Part shown: one piece after another, positions 1 through 11,937 of the stretch
Position numbering within the stretch: the first letter of the stretch is position 1
Layout of the letters: each line of letters starts with the position of its first letter
Origin: Felis catus
Lineage: Eukaryota
Reading direction: 5' to 3'
NCBI RefSeq assembly: GCF_018350175.1
Contig: NC_058368.1
Span: 177,260,001-177,324,000 of the forward strand
Length of the DNA: 64,000 nt
The notes under the pieces: generated by a model
Seen by the model: only the letters and a program-made list of their open reading frames with translations
The model's database searches: none
Told to the model about the DNA's origin: nothing
Program-made: the position numbers and the translations under genes

Positions 1-172
1 TGTTATGCAGCCTTGTCAGCCCTTGGTATTCTCAGGTTGATATTTGCCATTCTAATAAGTATGTAGACATATGTCATTTTGAGTTAATTTACATTTCCCC
101 AATGACTGATGATCACATGATCTTTTCATGTGCTTATTTGCCATCTGTATATTTGGTGGTGAAGTATCCAAA

Positions 173-174
<2 letters not shown>

Positions 175-203
<29 letters not shown>

Positions 204-374
204 TGTTTGTTTATTTTGAGAGAGAGAGAGCGAGCGAGCAGGGGAGGGGCAGAGAGAAAGAGGGAGACACAGAATCCAAAGCAGGCTTCAGGCCCTGAGC
301 TGTCAGCACAGAGCCCGACACGGGGCTCAAACCCACGAACTGTGAGATCATGACCTGAGCCACCCAGGCGCCCC
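175..374 (-). mobile_element. Can-SINE (SINEC_Fc type) with ~27-nt internal deletion
   Basis: Poly-T, (GA)n and tRNA-derived head ending ...cacccaggcgcccc. TSD GTGAAGTATCCAAATC at 159-174 and 375-390. Confidence 0.93.
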
Positions 375-467
375 GTGAAGTATCCAAATCTTTTGTCCAT
401 TTTTAAAATGGGTTGTTTTCATATTATTGAACTTTGAGAGTTCTTTACATATTCTGAATACAAATCC

Positions 468-660
468 TTTTTTTTAAAAATATTTTTATTTATTTTTGAG
501 AGAGTGCAAGTAGGGGAAGGGCAGAGAGGGGGACAGAGGATCTGAAGTGGGCTCTGTGCTGACAGCAGCTAGCCCGATGTTGGACTTGACCTCACAAATT
601 GAGAGATCCTGACCTGAGCTGAAGTTCTATGCTCAACTGACTGAGCCACCCAGGTTCCCT
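468..660 (-). mobile_element. Can-SINE
   Basis: Typical SINEC body; TSD ATACAAATCCTTTT on both sides. Confidence 0.88.
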
Positions 661-814
661 TGGATACAAATCCTTTTTTGAGATATGTTTTGCAGATATT
701 TTCTTCCAGTCTTGTCTTCTCATTTCCTCAATGATATCTTTCATAGACCAGGAGATTTTGATTTTGATTTTGATGAAGAATAGTGTACCATTTTTTTCTT
801 TTATGGATCATGCT

Positions 815-1019
815 TTTTTATTTTAAAGTTCATTTGTTTTGAGAGAGAGAGTGTATGAGAGTGGGGGAGGGGCAGAGAGAGAAGGAGAGAGAATCCCAAG
901 CAGGCTCTGTACTGTCAGTGCAGGGCTGATGCAGGGCTCAATCCCATGAACTGAGAGATCAATACCTGAGCAGAAATCAAGAGTCAGATGCTCAACCAAC
1001 TGAGCCATCTAGGTGCCTG
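815..1019 (-). mobile_element. Can-SINE
   Basis: SINEC body; TSD TTATGGATCATGCTTTT on both sides. Confidence 0.88.
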
Positions 1020-1544
1020 TCTTATGGATCATGCTTTTGATGTCATACCTAGCAAGTTTTTCACTGAGCTTTTGGATCTGTAAATTTATGTCTTTCATTC
1101 ACCAAATTTCAAAAGTCTTTGGCCATTATTTTTTCAAATATTTTTTCTGCCCCCTTTTCTTTTTTTCTCCTTCTGAGACTCTAGTTACATAAATAGTAGA
1201 TCTTTTGTTATTGTCTTACATTTTCTCCAGGCTTCCCCCCCCGCCCCCCACTCTTTTCTGAATAATTTCTTTTAGTCTGTCCTCAAGCTGATGGCATGCT
1301 GTATCTCCTTAGAAATTCACAGGATAGAGTAGCACATAAAGACTCTGAGGTCTGCAGGAGAGAGACACCCAGTGTTTCCCCACTTCCAAAATATATTTGA
1401 CCTCAGAATCCTATTTTTATGTGATACTTATCAATCAATAGCCGTGATAACCTGCAGCCATAAATATACTCTGGCAAGAGTGACGTATGTTACTATTTAA
1501 TTTGGGCAGTTATCCTTTAAGGAATAGTGAGAATGTTTTATAAG

Positions 1545-1655
1545 GGAGGTGCCTGGGTGGCTCAGTTGGTTAAGCATCCAGCTCATGATCACATGGTTCG
1601 TGGGTTCAAGCCCTGCATCAGGCTCCAACCCAACAATGTGGAGCCTGCGTGGGAC

Positions 1656-1713
<58 letters not shown>

Positions 1714-1800
1714 CTTCTCTGTCTGCCCTTCCCCCACATGGGTGCACACTCTCTCTCTCTCTCAAAATAAATAAATACACCTTAAAAAGAAAAAAAAAAA
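1545..1800 (+). mobile_element. Can-SINE with expanded (CT)n
   Basis: Head ggtgcctgggtggctcagttggttaagc, (CT)~25 at ~1660-1710 and an A tail. TSD AGAATG(T/G)TTTATAAG at 1530-1544 and 1801-1815. Confidence 0.92.
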
Positions 1801-2874
1801 AGAATGGTTTATAAGGACCTTGTCAGAGCATAGGCTGACCACAGGCTTGTGTTCCATTTACACTGGATGTGTTTCTAAAAGAGTGCCGTTAATAGAGGCA
1901 CACCATGTTTAAAATAGGCATGCATTTTATTTACGAGACATAAACAGTAGAGCAGAGATGCACTTTAGAGAGATCATCTAGGACAGTGGTTGGAAACCTT
2001 TTGTCCTTCATTCTGTACCAGTCCTGGATCACCAATCGCTCTTTCAAAATAACCGTGGTTCTAATAGGTCAGAAATTAGAAGCAGGTCTTGCTGTTGTAG
2101 AAAGACAGTTAAATGTCTTGTTTTGGCTATTTGTAGTAAACTTGAGGGATGCTGCAAATTATGACAGTATGATTTTACAAAGGAAGAAACAGGTTCACAT
2201 GATCTATTTTTAACAATCCAATCTTTAAAATAAATGATTTCCTATCCCCTGTTATATGTGGGGAGTATTGAAAACTTGAAAAACATTGGAAAGATCAAAA
2301 GAAGGGAGAAAAAGAACACTCAGAGAGCAAAGCCGACTATTATTAACGTTATCTTTCCTTTTCATCTTTTTTTTGTTTTAAATATATTGATTATATCACC
2401 ATATAGATGGCTTTTATTCTATTTTTTAAAAAACATAACTGTAATGAAGCATTATATTCTCTCATTAAAAGCTTTGCAGTTTACTTTGAAATTTTTCTGA
2501 AATGTCGAACATTTTTCATTTAAAAATTTTTGTAAGTAATCATAATGGGTTAGAGATAATGCATTTTTAAAGGCTCTTAATAGATGTCACACTGTTTTTC
2601 AGAGTTTAATTAAAAATTCCCTTTATAAGGCTGTTAAATATAGTAAGTATAATAGAGGGACAAAGTAAACAAAATAGCACATCTGTTTTTGGAAGTTATT
2701 CGATATTGCCTCTTCCCTTTTTTTGTCATTTTCCACCTGTTTGAAGTTTAACTGTTCTTATTTACTGTAATGCAGGTTTGTTCTATTTTGTGATTCAGAA
2801 AGTAAGGTGAGACAAAAACATTTATCAGAAGGTGATAGACTAAATCACTGTTTGTGGTTTTCTTGTCTCCATAG

Positions 2875-2993
2875 ATTTGGGATAAAACCAGCTTGGAATG
2901 TTTGAAAGTGTTAACGGGACACACTGGCTCTGTCCTTTGTCTCCAGTATGATGAACGTGTCATTGTGACTGGTTCTTCAGACTCTACAGTGAG
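2875..2993 (+). CDS. FBXW11: FBXW11 (beta-TrCP2) internal coding exon, end of WD1 plus WD2 (119 nt, phase 0-2)
   Basis: Acceptor ...tctccatag| and donor |gtgagt. Translates to [39 protein letters not shown](R). [10 protein letters not shown] is the FBXW11 version (BTRC has KNTLECKRIL). Confidence 0.97.
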
Positions 2994-3781
2994 GTGAGTG
3001 ATTTGGCTTCGCTGGTCTGACTTCCATATCTTCCGTGAGAAGACTGAGACTGCACCCTTTTCGGGGATAAGGACACACATTCTTTGTATATGTTTTATGT
3101 GCTGTATTTCAAAACCACTTTAGGTGTGGGTTTATTTGAACAAAGCAGGCTAGAAAGCCACCTTTTGTTAAGTAGGTCCTATGCTCATTGTTGTATGTTA
3201 TAGAGATGGAAATGTACTAGGAAATATTACCTAGTGTTAGACTAGCTTTCTCCTGGGAGACCATGCTCCAGACATTTGGAAAAGTCACCAGCATGCTAGT
3301 GTCCTTTCTCTGACTCAGTGCTTTTGAGGCACTGCTTCTGCCACAGAAGCCTGTGACTTTCCTCCTTTGGTCTGTGTGAATTTGTCCTCTTAGGAGATTG
3401 GGTTTACAGAAAAGCTGTGACGTGAAAGGGCTGCCCCTGAGAACCTTATATGTCATGGATGGAGCAGCTGCCATATTGCCTTTGTCCATAAAGCAGTTGG
3501 GTAAATAGATGCATGTGGGAATTGATGAGTTGTCATGACTTACAGTCTCTAGTGTGCAATGGATAAGTAATGGACTCTGAGACCTATGAGAGGCCAAAAA
3601 GAGCCTTAAGCTTGGAAACTGCCCTCAGTTCCCCAGCTATGAAGCCTCCTTCCCCTGTCATCTCAGACTCCCTGCGAGCCCACTTACTTGAAGAATCATT
3701 TTGTTGTCCTCACTGTCCCTGATTACCTGATGTTAAATAAACCTAAACCTGGACAGAGCCAGAGTTGGCCTTCTTTCTTCC

Positions 3782-3997
3782 TTTTTTTTTTTTAAGTTTA
3801 TTTATTTATTTTGAGAGATCAAGAGAGCATGAATGGGGGAGGGGCAGAAAGAGAAGGGGAGAGAGAGAATCCCAAGCAGGCTTCGCACTGTCAGTGCAGA
3901 GCCCGATGTGGGGCTCAAACACATGAACTGTGAGATCATGACCTGAGCTGAAATTAACAGTCAGACACTTAACTGACTGAGCAGCTACCCAGGCCCC
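3782..3997 (-). mobile_element. Can-SINE
   Basis: Poly-T/TTTA, GA-rich tract and SINEC head. Confidence 0.88.
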
Positions 3998-4223
3998 TCC
4001 ATAATTGGCCGCCTTTTTTTGAAACCCTCTCAGTACTTCTCAGCAAATACAATAATTGCTTCTGGGGGCTCCTTTTAAACATGGTCTGGTCTTGGGTGTG
4101 AGGTCCCAGTCACAAGTGAAGCTTACATCTCCCTAGCCTACTACTAAGAATGGGCCCAGGGCACAGACACTGACTCTTCCTGGTTGTCTCAGTAATCACG
4201 CATTGTGCTTTTCTGTTCTTTAG

Positions 4224-4473
4224 AGTCTGGGATGTGAACACGGGTGAAGTTCTGAACACATTGATCCACCACAATGAGGCTGTACTGCACTTACGCTTCA
4301 GCAATGGACTTATGGTGACCTGTTCCAAGGATCGCTCCATCGCTGTGTGGGACATGGCTTCTGCTACCGATATCACTCTACGCCGTGTCCTGGTTGGCCA
4401 CCGTGCTGCTGTCAATGTGGTAGACTTTGATGATAAATACATCGTGTCTGCCTCTGGTGACAGAACCATCAAA
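4224..4473 (+). CDS. FBXW11: FBXW11 coding exon, WD3-WD4 (250 nt, phase 2-0)
   Basis: Acceptor ttctgttctttag| and donor |gtaagt. Encodes [83 protein letters not shown], in frame with both flanking exons. Confidence 0.98.
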
Positions 4474-4799
4474 GTAAGTGTATCTACTAGTCATAACTCT
4501 GCTTCCGCCTGTGCCTTTTCAAGCACAGAGGAAGCAGAGGTGGGCTTTACCAACCTGGTACTGGGCAAGATCTGTAATCTCCTTCATCTGTGCTTGAGCC
4601 CTTGAGGCAATCCCATTCTTCATGCTTCTGGAATCACAGGCAAGGTAGGAGGAAAGGGTCATGGGTCCATGATGGAGAGCAGCCTTCTATTTCATGAAAT
4701 GACACCATCGATCGCGTGTTCAAGGGGAAGAGAACTAACCTGTGGAACATGTACTGTGTGCAAGGAGCTTCACCTTACCCTGTCGCTGATCTCTTCCAG

Positions 4800-5060
4800 C
4801 ACTCTGTTGAGGAAGGTATTGCCTCCATTTTACAAATGGGGCTCAGGGAGTGAAGAACTGGGCTGGAGACCACACAGCTAGTTAGTGGCGGAGCTGAGAT
4901 TTGATTTATTCACTTAATTCACTTCATTTGAATTAATCCACTTAATGGTCTATGCCGTGCCATAGACCCTAGGCTGGATGCTGGAGATACAATAATGAAT
5001 AAGACCCATCCCTGCCCTCAAGAAGCTCGGCATACGGTGGGTGGCAGGCATGAGACAAAT
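4800..5060. mobile_element. MIR and L2 fragments
   Basis: MIR core-like cccattttacaaatgggg...cacacagctagttagtggcggagctgagatttga; L2-like cctgccctcaagaagctc. Confidence 0.6.
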
Positions 5061-5129
5061 GGTTGCAGTCTACGGTGAGTCATAGGATGTAGTAAATGCA
5101 GGTCTGATCCCAGTATCCATTTTAACTTT

Positions 5130-6620
5130 TTAAAATGTTAGCTTTTGAGATATAGTTCACATACCGTGAGTTTCACTACTTAAAGCATGCAGCATGCAGT
5201 CCAGTGCCCCTTAATGTAGTTACAGTGTTAGCCATTTAATATAGTTTAGTTTCAGAACATTTTCATTGCCCCCTGAAAAACCTCCTACCCACTGACAGTC
5301 AACCCCTGTTCTCTTCTTCTGGTCCTTAGCAATCACTAATCTATTTTCTGTGCATGGATTTGCCTCTTCTAGACATTTCATATAAATGTAATCCTATAAT
5401 ATGTGGCATTTTCTGTCTGGCTTCTTGCACTTAGTGTGGTGTTTTCATGGTTCATCCATGAATATTGTAGCACGTGTCAGGACTTCATTCATTCTAACGA
5501 CTGAAGAAAATTCCATTGTGTGGATGTACTACGCTCTGTTTATCTGTTCATCAGTTGATGGACGTTTTGGTTGTTTGCACCTTTCATTTGTTAAACATAG
5601 TGCTGCCATGAACATTTGTGTATAACTTTTTGCACAGACATACATTTTCAGTTCTCTTGGAATTGTAACTCTGGGTTTGATATTTTGAAGAGCTGCCAAA
5701 CGTTTTCCAAAGTGGCTGCACTGTGTTAAAATCCCACCAGCATTGTGTGAGCGTTTGAATTTGGATCAAAAAACCTTTTTTTTATGACCAGCACTAGGTG
5801 GCATTCTGGTATCTAGTATCTAGCCCCACATATCACAGAGGTAGCATCATCCTTTAGATAAAGTGGTCTAGCAGTTGAACAAGTAGGGTTTGTGTGCAGT
5901 AACTCACTTACCATTCAGTCAGACCAGTTGGAACAAGATCACTGCCTGGAAGTCAGGAGGGTTTGGGCCTTTTTTACAGAGCAGCCGTTGCATAATATCA
6001 GCCTGGAGGATTTCTCCGTATCCTTGCCAGCACTTGTTATTGTCCGTCTTTTTTATTACAGCCATCCTTGTAGTTGTGTAGTGGTTATCTCTGGTTTTGG
6101 TTTCCATTTCCCTTGTGACCACTGATATTGAGCATCTTTTCAGTGCTTATTGGCCTTTTTTGTATCTTCTTTGGAGAAACTTTCATGTACTTAAAAAATG
6201 GGATTATTTGGGTGTTTTTTGTTTGTTTTTGTTTTTTTTTAATGTGTAGTTACAAAAATTCTTTATATATTCTGGTTACAAGTACCTTAAGAGGTGAATG
6301 ATTTGGAAATATTTTCTACCATCTTGTGGCTTCTCTTTTCACTGTCTTGATGATGTTCTTTGCCACACAGACAACTTTAATTTTGATGAAGTGCAATTGA
6401 TCAATTTTTGCCTTTTGTTGCCTGTGCATTTATTGTCCTGTCTGAGAAACCATTGCCTAATCCAAGATCACAGAGATTTACTCCTGTGTTTTCTTCTGAG
6501 AGTTTCATAGATTCAGCTCTCACATTTAGGCCTTTGGTTTATCCTGAATTGTATTTTTGTATATTGTGTGAGTTGGGGGTCCGACTTCATTCTTTTGCAT
6601 GTGGAGATCTAGTTACCCCA
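5130..6620 (-). mobile_element. Old L1 (L1MB-like) 3' fragment, interrupted by a ~250-bp non-L1 insert
   Basis: Antisense L1 3' end and ORF2 C-terminus (ORF-track fragments VQPLWKT and AVIKKTDNNKCWQG). Confidence 0.85.
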
Positions 6621-7200
6621 TTCAACTACAAACGCAGCTGGTAAAATAATTCAGGGCACTCTGGTTGCTTTGCGTCTCCTTATTTGGCTTGTAATATATT
6701 AAGTGTGTCTGTGAACATCTAAGTCTTGCAGATGGTTTCACAAAAGAGGGATTATTTATTCCACATACATAATATTAGGAGTGATGTGTCAAAACAAATG
6801 GAGCTGTTCAAGAAACTATGCTGGAAAAGAGGAGGATGTGAAAGGTGAAACTTTTTCACATCAGTTGCATTGGATATGACATGTCAGCTGGCATGAAAAC
6901 ATAAAATCTGGCCCACACTCTTCCCTCTAGGCAAGTGAATGTCTGAACCATCCAGGAGATGTTCTCTTTGTGAATATCTCAAGGTTGGAGACTTCACAGC
7001 TTCCCTCTGTGTTTCATTCCTGTTTTATCACTCTGCAGCTAAGAAAACTGTATGCTGGCCAGTCTGTCCCCCAGCTTCTGAACCAGATTTCATAATCAAG
7101 TATTTTGGTCATTCTTAGAAGCGCTGATGTTTTTAAAAAGGTATATTGTGAGGGGACTTTTCGGCGTTTATTCTTAAAGTATTATTAATTGGTTATGCAG

Positions 7201-7319
7201 GTCTGGAGCACGAGCACCTGTGAGTTTGTTCGTACTCTGAATGGGCACAAGCGAGGCATTGCCTGTCTCCAGTACAGGGATCGGCTGGTTGTTAGTGGAT
7301 CATCAGATAATACCATAAG
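7201..7319 (+). CDS. FBXW11: FBXW11 coding exon, WD5 (119 nt, phase 0-2)
   Basis: Acceptor ggttatgcag| and donor |gtgagt. Encodes [39 protein letters not shown](R). Confidence 0.97.
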
Positions 7320-9147
7320 GTGAGTAGAAGCTGGTGTGCTGACAGAGTAGGCTGATTTTTGCTGTAGTTTTGACTCCTGCCCCAGTCCTGATGCTCAAAA
7401 GACTTGGAGCCTTTGGAGATACTTCAAGTAAGAAAACTATAGGTAACTTTTATTAGTCCATTTGGTCCTGTGAACTGAAGTGGGTAAACTGACTCCTCCA
7501 ATACACACTTTTTATGACATAAACTCCACCCAAGATCCCTTAATACCAGAACTCCTCAGAAGAGAGGACGCTCCAGCCTGACTCTCTACTTTCCCTTATC
7601 TGTGAGCTCCTGTCTCCCTCACTAACAGGTGGGAGGAGTGTACTTGATTTATCTGTGTCTCACCCGAGGCTACACTACAACATCATCCACTCCTGTTTCA
7701 TCATTTATTTTGTCTCCCTTTTTTCTTCCCAGCACTCAGTGTCCTTGCTTTCTAATAAATCTGACTATCCATAAACACTGTATTTGTTAAGAATTTCCCT
7801 TAAATATCTACTCACTGATCCCAAGTCGTTTTTCCATTGTCCCAACATATGCTTTTTTTAACCAAATTGTTTAATGTTTGGGCAAAATAAAGTTTGGTTT
7901 CAAGATGATTTTTAAAAGAAAGAAGGAAGGAAGGAGGGAACAAAACAGCAATAAAGCTGAAACTGCTGCAAGTTTTCTTTATCATTTTAAGTTTTAAGAT
8001 ATTATTAAAGTCAGTTGACCCTGAATCTTGGTTCTCTTGTATCCATCATGCTTTATATTACTTAATATTTCATCAGTAAATAGTCCTTACCTTTCTCACC
8101 GGAATATCTGAGATTTTACAAAATAATAATGTATATTCCTTTATAGTTTATAGAGGGGAACCACTTTGGAGTCAGTGGCAGTGCTGAATGGCTCTGCTCA
8201 CAGTAGGTTAGAGAAGCCACCGTCACTGACACTGATGAGAAGATTTGCTGAGGGTGGCTGTGGTAAAATATTCATTGGGTGTATGGTAAGAGCTATTGGG
8301 AGAGGGGCGAAGAAAAGGTTGTTACAGAATGAGTTTGCTAACTTTGTTTTGTACACGTTAGTTTGCTGTGATTTATGTTTACAAACAATGTAGAAAAATC
8401 AATGATGACAGAAAAATTAAAAAATTTTTATTTTCAGAACTGTTCTGTAAATCATACACCAAGAAGAAGGCTGGGCGTAGTGTGTGGGTTCATGTTCCTG
8501 AGACACTTCATATACTTAATGAGAGGCTCCCACTGTGACTGTGTAAACTGGACAACCCTCGTGTCCGGGAGTGTTATCTAGGAGGGGTGTCCCTAAACCT
8601 CATCAGGAGAGGAAGACCATTATGCTGGCCCACTGGTTCTAACTTCAGTGGGTCTCATGGGTTCCAGGCTAGAAGTGCCTGGGGTGGAAGCCTACCCTCC
8701 TGACTGTATGTTATCCTCCCCCAGCCCACACACATCATGCCTTTTCTTCTCTCCTGCCTACAGTCCCTATCTCCCCCGGAAAAGCCCTTCCTAGACCATT
8801 TGGCTACATGGTTTAATCAATTCAGACATCAAAAGAATGCCTAGGAACTAAATATAATTGAAGTTTGTTGTTTGTTGATCTTATTTAAATAGTAATACAC
8901 GCGTGTGATTAAAAAAGGTTTCCAGTTGAGTAAAAGAAAATACAATGAGAAGTAAGGCTTCTACCCAAATTAGTGCTTTAAAATGTACAAGTGGTATAAA
9001 TGTACATGTGTATCTCTCTCTGTGTACAGTGTAGACTGGGAACAAGATAGAAACAAAGTTCAGGAGAGAGTGAAAGTCACGTTACGGGGCAGATAGTGTG
9101 AATCATGTGTGGGAAGTTGTTTCACAGAGATCTGTTTCATATTCAAG

Positions 9148-9258
9148 GCTATGGGATATCGAATGTGGTGCCTGTTTAAGAGTCCTAGAGGGACATGAAG
9201 AATTGGTCCGATGCATCCGGTTTGATAACAAGAGGATTGTCAGTGGGGCCTATGATGG
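9148..9258 (+). CDS. FBXW11: FBXW11 coding exon, WD6 (111 nt, phase 2-2)
   Basis: Acceptor tttcatattcaag| and donor |gtatgt. Encodes [36 protein letters not shown](G). Confidence 0.96.
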
Positions 9259-9550
9259 GTATGTATTTCAGATTTCTAAGTGCACTGCTGCCATGGTATC
9301 TAGAGGAAAAGGAGTGTTGAATATTAAGCAGCTACGTGTCTGCCAGTTCTGTGCCCGGTCCTTTCTGTGTAATGGTGGATGGCAGGTGTTGCCGTACCGC
9401 TTGATCAAGTGAGGCCACTCTGGCCCAGAAGGATGAGCAGTCTTGTCCCAAGTCTAGCAGAGCCTCTGTAACTCCTGTGCTTACAGCTTTAACCATTATT
9501 GTAAAGGTTGTGTGGGAATTCAGTTCTTTGCCTTCGCCCTAAATTAAACT

Positions 9551-9553
<3 letters not shown>

Positions 9554-9613
<60 letters not shown>
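9554..9613. repeat. (TG)~30 microsatellite
   Basis: Read directly. Confidence 0.97.
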
Positions 9614-9615
<2 letters not shown>

Positions 9616-10069
9616 CGTTCGGCGATACATTTCCTTTTCCCTTTTGGTTAATTGAACAAATACTCTTTAAAAAGCCTTGTGACTTTTTAAATGAGCAAGT
9701 GGCAACTGTAAACCTTTCAAGGTGACCTTGTATATACTCACAGATTAGTTGGTCTGTTTATGCTCCTATTATTAACTTTCAGCATTTGCTTAGTTTGAAG
9801 AAAGGTATCCTTGGAATTTCCCAGAGAGCCCTAGTTTCTGTCAGCAGCACCTACTCAGCCCTAGAGAGCCCCCTGATTAATGAATTTGGTGACATAGATT
9901 ATCAAGTCAGGAACTGAATTCAGATAGCATGAAGTTGTTTTCTTATCTCCCTTAAAAATATTTCTTCACAGTTTCAGCAATCCTGAGAATGTGTAGGTCC
10001 TTGTTTTTTCCAAAATCAGATGTAATTAGTTTAAGTAATTTGTAAAAACATAAGCATGTTCTCCATTAG

Positions 10070-10278
10070 CTTATTATTATTTTCTAAAATTTATCTTGAG
10101 AGAGAGATTGAGAGTACAAGTGGAGAGAGGCAGAGAGAGAGGGAGAGAGAATCCCGAGCAGGCGCCACACTGTCAGCTTAGAGCCCGATGCCGGGCTTGA
10201 TCCCACAAACTGCAAGATCACACCCTGAGCCGAGATCAAGGGTCAGATGCTTAACCAGTGGAGCCACCCAGGCACCCC
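10070..10278 (-). mobile_element. Can-SINE
   Basis: SINEC body; TSD-like CTCCA(T/C)TAGCTT. Confidence 0.87.
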
Positions 10279-10386
10279 TCCACTAGCTTTTGTACTAGCA
10301 GTTCATGTGCACTCCTTTCTATCAAGGAAGTGCTCGACAATATATAAAATGTTAACTTTCCCACTAATCGCAGTCTTCTTTTCTAG

Positions 10387-10465
10387 GAAAATTAAAGTTT
10401 GGGACTTGCAAGCTGCTCTTGACCCTCGAGCCCCAGCAAGCACGTTGTGTTTGCGCACGTTGGTG
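10387..10465 (+). CDS. FBXW11: FBXW11 coding exon, WD6-WD7 linker (79 nt, phase 2-0)
   Basis: Acceptor tcttcttttctag| and donor |gtaggt. Encodes [30 protein letters not shown] and PASTL distinguish it from BTRC (LVAA, PAGTL). Confidence 0.97.
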
Positions 10466-10768
10466 GTAGGTAATCTGTTGAAGTGGGAGTGGTTCCCGTG
10501 CTGGAGGGTGGCCTCCTGTAGATGAACCTGCCCAGCTGTGTCACAGGAAATCTTGTGTATCTCACAGCATGCCTTCAGAGAAATGCACTGTTTTATTCAT
10601 TTTGGTTAGCCCAAATCAGAGAGTAATTGACATTGACGTTACAGTGAGCTCTTCCCTAAGGAACATTAATACAACTTAAAACATGAAAGCAGACATCCTC
10701 ATTTGTAGGTGGATTGGTTTCCTCGTAGAGCTCAAAGTATTTCCTTCCTATAGATTTGGAAGAGTTCT

Positions 10769-10769
10769 T

Positions 10770-10820
<51 letters not shown>

Positions 10821-11018
10821 TTATTTATTTATTTAGATGTTTATTCATTTTTGAGAGAGGGGGAGAGGCAGAGAGGGAGGGAGACACAGAATTCCAAGCA
10901 GGCCTCAGGCTCCGAGCTGTCAGCACAGAGCCCGATGCGGGGCTCAAACCCATGAACTGTGAGATCATGACCTAAGCCGAAGTCGGATGCTTAACCGACT
11001 GAGCTACCCAGGTGCCCC
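10769..11018 (-). mobile_element. Can-SINE with (TTTA)n tail
   Basis: (TTTA)n at ~10770-10833 and SINEC body; TSD-like TTGG(A/G)AGAGTTCTT. Confidence 0.9.
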
Positions 11019-11775
11019 TTGGGAGAGTTCTTAATACGGGTATCTGGTTACGTTGAATTTTTATAATACAGCGCATTTCTGTATTATTAAGATGGAATTT
11101 CTCCTCAGTCTATATTGTGTGAATTATTTCTTTGGCATTTAAAAATACTTTATGTAAATCTTGTTTTAACATCTTTAGCAGGCTCATTATTTCTAGTAGT
11201 CTGATTGATTTTGTTATATTAATGAGGAGACAGTTTTTTGAAAATATTGATAGATTTTTCGTATTTTTCGTAGCTTTATCTTTTTTTCTATTTCTTTGCT
11301 TCTTGCATCGATTAGGACATGCAGAACTATGGTGAGGGCCATTCTTGTTTTCTTCGTGATTTTAATGAGAATGCTTCTTACATTCCACCATTAATTTTGA
11401 GTTTGGCTGTGGTTGAGATAGATGTTCATGGTAATGTTAAAAACACTATCCTTCTGGTCCTTTTTGCAGTGTATCAAGAATGGGTATTAAATATTGTTGT
11501 TTACCTTTCCAAGATCTTTGGTGAGGCGATCACACAATTTGTCTTCTTTGACACATTAATGAGCCAGGATCTCAGATACAAAGATTAATTTAAAGAAGAG
11601 GCCTAGAAGGAAAAGCCAGAGTTTTGTCCCTGGGGTGAAGGGCAAAGATCAGTAAGCTCTGGAACATTCAGTAAGCCTGGATAAGTAGCTGCATTTTCAG
11701 CCTGCGCCAGAGCACGGGTAGAAGTGAGGGATTGTAAAGGTCTCATTTTACTCATCAAGCTGTCACATTTCACAG

Positions 11776-11937
11776 GAACATTCTGGACGTGTGTTTCGGC
11801 TACAGTTTGATGAATTTCAGATCATCAGCAGCTCCCATGATGACACTATTTTGATTTGGGATTTCTTAAATGTGCCTCCCAGTGCCCAGAATGAGACCCG
11901 TTCTCCTTCCAGAACATACACTTACATCTCCAGATAA
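11776..11937 (+). CDS. FBXW11: FBXW11 last coding exon, WD7 and C-terminus; TAA at 11935-11937; the exon continues as UTR to 11961
   Basis: Acceptor catttcacag|. Encodes [53 protein letters not shown]. Donor cag|gtgagt at 11961/11962. Confidence 0.98.

Larger units (their letters stand above)
1..1290 (-). mobile_element. Old L1 (L1M-type) fragments, interrupted by three Can-SINEs
   Basis: Antisense L1 3'-region phrases (catcttttcatgtgcttatttgccatctgtat; gagttctttacatattctg; ttttgattttgatgaag). Boundaries approximate. Confidence 0.7.

Noticed and set aside
200..1814. ORFs such as GAWVAQLVK...SLSLSL (also near 33017, 42482, 45442, 51490)
   Set aside because: These are translations of Can-SINEs.
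7160..7200. Pyrimidine-poor acceptor suggesting a U12-type intron
   Set aside because: The donor of this intron is GTAAGT (U2 type); none of the donors matches GTATCCTT.
2875..11937. Assignment to the paralogue BTRC (beta-TrCP1)
   Set aside because: Diagnostic residues ([39 protein letters not shown]) fit FBXW11.
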